Of a stretch of 64,000 nucleotides of DNA, positions 53,413 through 64,000 are shown piece after piece. The notes beneath the pieces are model-generated. The model was not told the DNA's origin and ran no database searches. It saw only the letters and a list, made by a program, of their open reading frames with translations. Origin of the DNA: Sphagnum compactum (taxonomy: Eukaryota); contig OZ234493.1 of NCBI GenBank assembly GCA_965153455.1, forward strand, positions 10,530,213 to 10,594,212, written 5' to 3'. Position numbers and translations under genes: made by a program. The number at the start of each line of letters is the position of its first letter. Within the stretch, counting starts at the first letter, position 1.

Positions 53413-53685
53413 TTGAATTCTTTTGTTATTAACTTTATTCTTCTTAGAATATGCAAAGTACTAAAGATGATTTAGTCCATCAAGTAAATTCTTTTTCTTG
53501 AAACATTTAATATTTTTATTTTCATGTCCATCTTCACTTTAACCATGTGTATTATTGTATTAGTTTGTATTAGTTTAAATTGACAATGTTTTTATGTTGA
53601 TATTCTATGTTTTCAAATGTTTTTCACACACTTGGTTCAAGGTTGTAGAAGAGGGGTGCAACAAGTTACATTAAACCGGTATGCA

Positions 53686-55432
53686 TCCTCATTCAATAAA
53701 TTGCACTTTATTCAATTTTAAATGCACTTGGACAAATTTACCATGGTGAAAGTTGCCAACCCCTTAGTGAGCATGGACTAGTTGCTAGCTACAAATATTA
53801 AATGAATTCATAAATAATTAACCAAATTCATTATTTTGGTCTCTTAGTTCATAGTTAACCTAGGAACTTAAGCAAAACACTTAATCATTTAGGTTAAGAA
53901 TGTAGGTTAGGTTAGGCATTTAGGTTAACCTAAGCCACATAGCCCACCAACTTAAGGTGCAAGTGTAAAGGTTTGAATTTTTCACCTCTTTCACCTCCAT
54001 GTTTAAAGAACAAATGTTTAACAATTGAACCATTATTTAAATAAGTGATTTTTCACCACATATTATTATTCACATTCTTTTCTTAATCTATATATAAGCT
54101 ACCATAGTTTAAATTCTTACGTTAGTCGTAAGCTATGCGTAGGCTACGCTTAAGTTAGAGTAAAATATTTTAAGTTACCATGGGCTAGAATTTTAGGCTA
54201 ATCCTATGTTATTCAAAACTATTTTACCCTAGTTTATTATATTTTAAGCTATTTTAAACTATTCCACCTTAGATTATTTAGGTGTAATCCACTCTATGTT
54301 ATTTTACCTTACATTATTTTAAGTTATTTTTCATTAGGTTTTTCTTTGGCAATTTTTTGTTATTCCACCCTAAGTTATTATTAGCTAGTTCACTTTAAGT
54401 TAATTTAGGTTATTTTAACCTAAGCTTGTTCTAAATATTTTTTATTATTCCACCTTAGGCTATTTTATGTTATTTTACCCTAATCTATTATGGGTTATTT
54501 TAAATTATTTCTAAGATATTTTAAATCAATTTTTTTAAAAATTATTTAAAACTATTTTTGGCTATTTGCAATTACTCTAATGTATGTCACTTTAAATTAT
54601 TTTAAGCTATTCGATTTTAGGTTAATCTTTATTATTCTAACTTATTCCATCCTAGGTATTTTAGGTTATTCCACCCTAGGTTATTCCATGCTATGTAATT
54701 TTGGGTTATAACCTTTGAGTATTCTATTGTATAACATATAATAACTTATGGCATAGTTTTCGGTAGAATAATTTAGAATAGTCTAAAATACTTTAAAATA
54801 ACTTAAGAGGAAATAATTTAAAATGGTTTAGAATAGCTTAAAATAACAAAAAATCCATAATTATAAGGGTCAAAAACACTTTTGAGCCAAATGTGCTAAA
54901 ATGGGTTATAAAAATAATTTTCATCAATTCAAGTCCTATTGCCCTTCTAATCATCAATGTTAAAATCATTTTTAATTTTCAAAAGGAATGATGCACATTT
55001 GGTAGAAAAAAAAATGTTTGAAAAAAGTAAAAGTTGTCCACTTTTGAAGTTTTGAGTGCTTTGAACATGTAAAAACATTTTTATTTGTGTCAAGCTTTAA
55101 GCATGTAAACTTTGCAATTAATGAAAAATATTCCCAAAAAAATTATAACAATACAAACTATATTCTTCCCTTATGATCTTTCAAACATACAAAAATGCAA
55201 TTTTAAAAAGTGTTCACTCATTTGGGTGGATCATTTGACTATGATGTTACCCTACAATAGAATAAAATTGCATATGTAAGGCAATAAAATTATAAAAAAT
55301 ATTTAATATCAAATTATTTCAATTAATAGTGAATTATGTCAACTTATAATGAAATATAATAATTACATAGATACTCTATGATGACATAACTTTAAACAAG
55401 ATAAAATGAATTGCACTCAACTTTTGGACTAG
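53686..55432 (+). mobile_element. Non-autonomous Helitron-like element, copy 2
   Basis: A|TC start at 53686 and CTAG|T end at 55432 (insertion between A and T, no TSD). Both termini match copy 1. Confidence 0.62.
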
Positions 55433-56639
55433 TGTTAGTTGTTAGCTACTACTAAAATTTTACTTTAAAATTTACATTTTTAGAGATGAGGTGGTCGTCA
55501 CCTTGGCTCCACCTTCAAATTAACTTTGCTTGCCACATAGTCTTCCATGTTATTTTTTATGTTACCTAAGGTTGCAAGTGTGACCACAAAATTAAAATTT
55601 CCTAATTTCTACCTTTGATTTACCTACAATTTGCCTCTAAGTGTGACCCCACCTTAATAAACCAAAACCAGTTTTATTGATGACGGTTGAAACTAGGGTA
55701 TAAAAAGGGTAAGTAAATTAAATGCAAAATGAATTTGATAAAAAAAAATTTAAGCAAAAAAAAAAAAGCAGCTTCAAAATTAGCTCACAATTAAATTTTC
55801 AACTGTGACCCACAATTTAAATTGGTTCACGAATAGTTCATTAGTTCTAAGTTCATTAGAAGCCAAACTTATATTGTACATCATTCTACATGTATGTGAA
55901 GTCTCTTCCCTCAAGGCAGAAGAGCCAATTAAGAACCAAAAATGCAGTTAAGGACAAGGGAGGGCCACACACATACTTAGGATAGAGAATGAAGCCACCA
56001 CCACCACCTTCCATTTCCCCTTTCCCCTTCCCCCAACCCACATGAGAGTGCTATTGGGAACCCTAACTCTTTTATATAACCCTAACTTGTAAACGGTTAA
56101 GCAAATGCAGTTTATATAACAGTCCCACCCAACTGACGGTTTTACTATGAACTTTTAACTGTCTTCAACAAAGTGTGGTAGTTTAAAAGGTTAGTGCAAA
56201 TGGAAGAGCCCTGGAGAGTAGCTTTTCATTTTAACACTCCATTTGCATACTAACTTAACTTCTACATTTCAATTGTGAGCTAATTTTGAAAAAAGGATCA
56301 ATTTCATAAAACCTTTTTTGCTCCTTGAGATCTTTGTTGCTTGAGCTGTAGCTAAATTTGTAGCTAAAATTCAGACAAAGATTCAAAACCCAGTAGCTGT
56401 GAGCTTGTAGCTAAAAATCATTTGATTTCTCTCTCAAGTTCAGTTTTTGGAACAATAATCATAATTCAATGATTTCTATCTCAAACTGATAGCTGCGGCA
56501 GCAGCCAGAAGAGTTTAATATTCAGAAAACACCCCCAAAAAAAATTGAAAAGAAAATCTGGTTGTTGTTATTGGTGGCTTGATTTTGATCTCCATTGTCA
56601 CAGCAGTTACAGCTGCAAGAAGTTTGCAAGCAAGCAAAG

Positions 56640-60445
<3,806 letters not shown>

Positions 60446-60988
60446 ACCTGGAATCATCACCATCATCGTCACCATGAATTCTTGTTCATACCCATGACCA
60501 GCAGCTGATCTGATCCATCATCTCTCTCACATGTACCGATCATCCGGAAATGCAAGCTTCATGTCTGATCATCTACCACAAAGCTGTAGAGCTGCAGAAT
60601 CTGCCATTCCCTGGCAAGAAAACAATAAGACTCCATCATTATCGGAGCTCAATACTTGTCGATGACCAGAAAAATTTGTCAATAGTCTACTTAGTGTACA
60701 AATGAACTAATTAGGGCAGATCAAATGTCGACCAAGATCTTCATACATTCAAACAATTTGCATCTACTTCCTTGCTTGCAGGCTTTGCTTGCTGCTGCAC
60801 GCGATGATCATTTTGCAGCTGCAAAGCTCATGTTCGAAAAGAATACTCCCACAAATTTTAGCTTCAAATTATGGACTCCATCTCTCTGTCTCCGTCTCTG
60901 TCTCTCCCTCTTCCTTCCCTGTGAAGCAATTGTGGAAATTTGTTGTCTCCACATGTGATCTGCTTGTGATTGTGGAATTTTTTTTGCG

Positions 60989-61183
60989 TCTGCTTTGGTG
61001 CGCAGTGATTGTGGGAATTTGTGGTCTGCATCTGCTTTGGTGCACAGCAATTGTTGGAATTTGTGGTCTGCATCTGCTTTGGTGCACAGCAATTGTTGGA
61101 ATTTGTGGTCTGCATCTGCTTTGGTGCACAGCAATTGTTGGAATTTGTGGTCTGCATCTGGTTTGGTGCCCAGCAATTGTGGA
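60989..61183. repeat. 42-bp minisatellite, ~4.6 copies
   Basis: Unit TCTGCTTTGGTGCACAGCAATTGTTGGAATTTGTGGTCTGCA. Copies 2-4 are identical, with no spacers. Confidence 0.95.
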
Positions 61184-63202
61184 AAACAAATTTTGTGGAA
61201 TTTTGTTTAGTGGGTCATGTAAAGGTTTTGGGCTTCTTGACAATTGCTTGAAATTCATGAAGGGTCTATTTAAGATAGAATGTGCAATGTTCAGGTGGCA
61301 CAACCATGAGCAAGTTTTGTAATGATTAAGTCTAGGTCTTCAACCTGACTCCAAGGGTAGAAAGAAAGGGATATACCTCACATCGTGCAAAAACTTTCTC
61401 CTCACATTTGTGCCATGCAAGCCTTCAGCTCTCTTCATCCTTGAAGGCAAGTTGGAGCATATGTGCTCTCAATCCCATGGGGAGCTACAAGAGTTGTGAG
61501 CATTTTGTGTGCAATCATGTCTGATTTTGTGCAGGAGTTCCCTTTTTCTCTTTGTATCTACTTGAGCTTCTCTAGTGGTCGAGAGAAGATTATTGTCTTT
61601 GCCTAAGGTTTTTAACTCCTTTGATTCAAGCAAATTGCACAATAGACTTCTGGAGGTGGTTACTATTGCTACAGGGTTGTCAAAATTGCACAATGGTGCC
61701 CAAAAAAAATTTGCGATGCAGCTCATGTCTATGGCTTGAGAGCTTGAAAATTCCTGCAATGAGTTTGATCACAAGTCTGGGTTCTGCTGGATCACAGTGT
61801 CAAGGGCTTGTTCAAATCAACAAGTGAGTCTTTTCCTTCATTCCTTGAGCTTCAAGTGATTTCTATCCCTTTCTTCCTTGTTGTCAAGATCCTTTGGGCA
61901 AAGTAAGTGATGTTTTCTCTCTCTCCTTTTGGTGCATTTCCTGAGTCTGCATCTGTTTCAGAGAGATTTTCAAAGAGCAGCAATGCAATGATGCCTCTTT
62001 TTCTTTTGTCTTCTAATTCGGCATGTGTCTGTTTGTCAACCCTGTGCAGCTGTGCTTTTTGCACTGGCCTTTGAGCCTTTGTTGTGGACCTTAGTATATT
62101 TTTCTTCAGTGTGGATTCTGCATTTGGGATGTGGAGTTTGCTGAGTCACATTGTCTCTTGTTCCACAATACTAGCCTTTTCTGGTTCCTTGGGAAAGAGA
62201 AAGAGATGTTCAGGCAGTTGTGTTTCCTGACGGATCAGCTTGGCATCTCCTTTTGTGTGCAAAAGAGAGACCACCAAATCCTTTCCATGGAGCTGCATCT
62301 CAATATGATGAATACCTAGTAAGGCTTCTGCTAGCAACAAAGTCATTAGGCATTCTGTATTTAACTAAAAGAGATCACAAACTGTTTGCTGAATAGCTTA
62401 TCTCTTGGAACATCTGGTCAAATTCTTGGATCATTTCCTTTCTGTATGTTGGAACCTGCAACAATTTCTTCTGCCATGGAGTTTGTGTTCTACTCCAATA
62501 ATGGAATTGTCTACAATATCTTCCTGGAGTTTGTTTCCAGAACATCATATGCTTTCCAACCTAGTTCTCAACTGCATCATGAGAAAGCAACATTGTCACT
62601 CCTATTTGTAAGAATTCAAGGATCAGTGAGAAACCATTGCTCGAGTACTTGGGATGTCAACAATTCTTTACAGTGTTGCAACAAGAAGCCTGGTTTGGTG
62701 TCTTTATGTTTTACTTCATACTAGCCCAACCTTCTCCCTATTGTTTGATCCTGAGTCCTTTGTTTTGCAATCCCATGCATGATTAGAGTATTGTCACAAC
62801 TACCTTGTGGAACTTTATGTTCATGCACACTTGGTGACTCAATGATAGATTAAATATATATTGAATATATATATAGAAGTGAGGGGAATAAAAGAGTAAA
62901 GATTGCCAAATATTTGTAGCCATAAATATAGAAGTTGATTAAATATTTTTCAAAACTTCATATCTAGTTTGTAGCCATATTTGGCTAAATCTTCCCATGG
63001 ATGATAGCCAGTTATGCTACATCAAAAAAAATTCAGAAAAAAAAAAACACTGGATACAATTGACGCAGGTAACCTTTTGCTTTTTCTTCTTCCTCTTTGA
63101 AGGTGTGTTTTTTTGCTGAGATTTTCAGAAATCTTTTTTGGTAGTGTGGATTGTGAGCTCTGGTGGTGGTGGTGGTGGGTCGTCAGAGGAGGAGGAGGAG
63201 CG

Positions 63203-63396
63203 ATGAGGGTGGTGAAGTTAGCAACATGTAGCTTGAATCAATGGGCTATGGACTTCCAAGGCAACTTGGAGAGGACTAAGAAGTCCATCAAGCAAGCTAA
63301 GGATGCAGGGGCTGTGTTTCGTGTGGGTCCTGAGCTCGAGCTCTCTGGCTATGGCTGTGAAGACCATTTTCTGGAGCCTGATACTCTAACACATTC
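63203..63396 (+). CDS. NADSYN1: Glutamine-dependent NAD+ synthetase, exon 1 (gene continues beyond the window)
   Basis: [64 protein letters not shown] is the typical nitrilase-like glutaminase N-terminus of eukaryotic NAD synthetase. Splice donor GTACGC at 63397. Confidence 0.93.
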
Positions 63397-63531
63397 GTAC
63401 GCAATCAATCAATCTCCCCCCTCTTTGTTTCTTTCCTCCTTTTTGTTTTCTCTTCTTTTTGCTAGCTTTTTCCATTTGCCTTGCCTTCTCAGGGTTCGAG
63501 ATGGGTCGTCGGAATTCTTCGCTTTCAGACG

Positions 63532-63710
63532 AGCAAGGAAAATGGGTTTTGTTGAAATGGGTGGGTTTTTTTCAACAAATCCTCTTTTCAACAAAACCCA
63601 TGTCAACAAAAAGCAAGGAAAATGGGTTTTGTTGAAATGGCTTTTTTCCAACAAAACCCATTTCAACAAAAAGCAAGGAAAATGGGTTTTCTTTCAACAA
63701 AACCCATTTG
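63532..63710. repeat. Tandem/inverted repeat array in NAD synthetase intron 1
   Basis: Three units AGCAAGGAAAATGGGTTTT(GTTGAAATGG)...CAACAAAACCCAT, whose halves are mutually complementary. Confidence 0.85.
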
Positions 63711-64000
63711 TCTGAAGTCTATAAGAATCAAAAAAATTGCAGAGCTTCAATCTTCAAGCTTCAAGCCACAGATTGTTGTGCATATGCATTTGAGGGAATT
63801 GGAATTCTGGTCTCATTCCCCACTCATTCTTCTTCCAATGTCTGTCTTTGCCCATGATGGAAATGTTTTAGGTCTGTAAAGCCATCTCTGGAAAGTGCAG
63901 TCAGTTCAATTGGTTTGATGGAGGGATTTTTTCCAGGCATGATGATGTAGGATGATCAATAAGAGTTTTGCAGCAACTGATTGATAGAGAGATTGCATTG

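Noticed and set aside
60989..61183. CRISPR-like array
   Set aside because: The units are contiguous with no unique spacers, there are no cas genes, and the context is eukaryotic. It is a simple minisatellite.

Overview
Eukaryotic, intron-rich plant nuclear DNA. The gene style, repeat families and AT-rich intergenic DNA suggest a bryophyte such as Sphagnum (inference, not verified). The window holds five protein-coding genes: (1) a 5-exon transmembrane plus ARM-repeat (BLE2-like) gene, + 2855-7659; (2) a conserved plant protein of unknown function, + ~12284-14473; (3) an ankyrin-repeat protein with a C-terminal PH-like domain, - 16794-20436; (4) a 5-exon alpha-tubulin, + 56640-60445; (5) exon 1 of glutamine-dependent NAD+ synthetase, + from 63203. 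A ~33 kb gene-free interval (23-56 kb) is a transposon graveyard. It contains a hAT transposase relic, several TIR MITE families, two Helitron-like non-autonomous elements and Helentron/HINE-like elements. It also contains a truncated Ty3/gypsy retrotransposon nested in one Helitron-like copy, which keeps a GGGAAAC slippery site plus a candidate pseudoknot between gag and pol. I found no CRISPR array, rRNA or tRNA and cannot support a wholly new multi-gene system. The most interesting signals are the frameshift cassette, the HINE-like elements, the divergent alpha-tubulin and several long hairpins.
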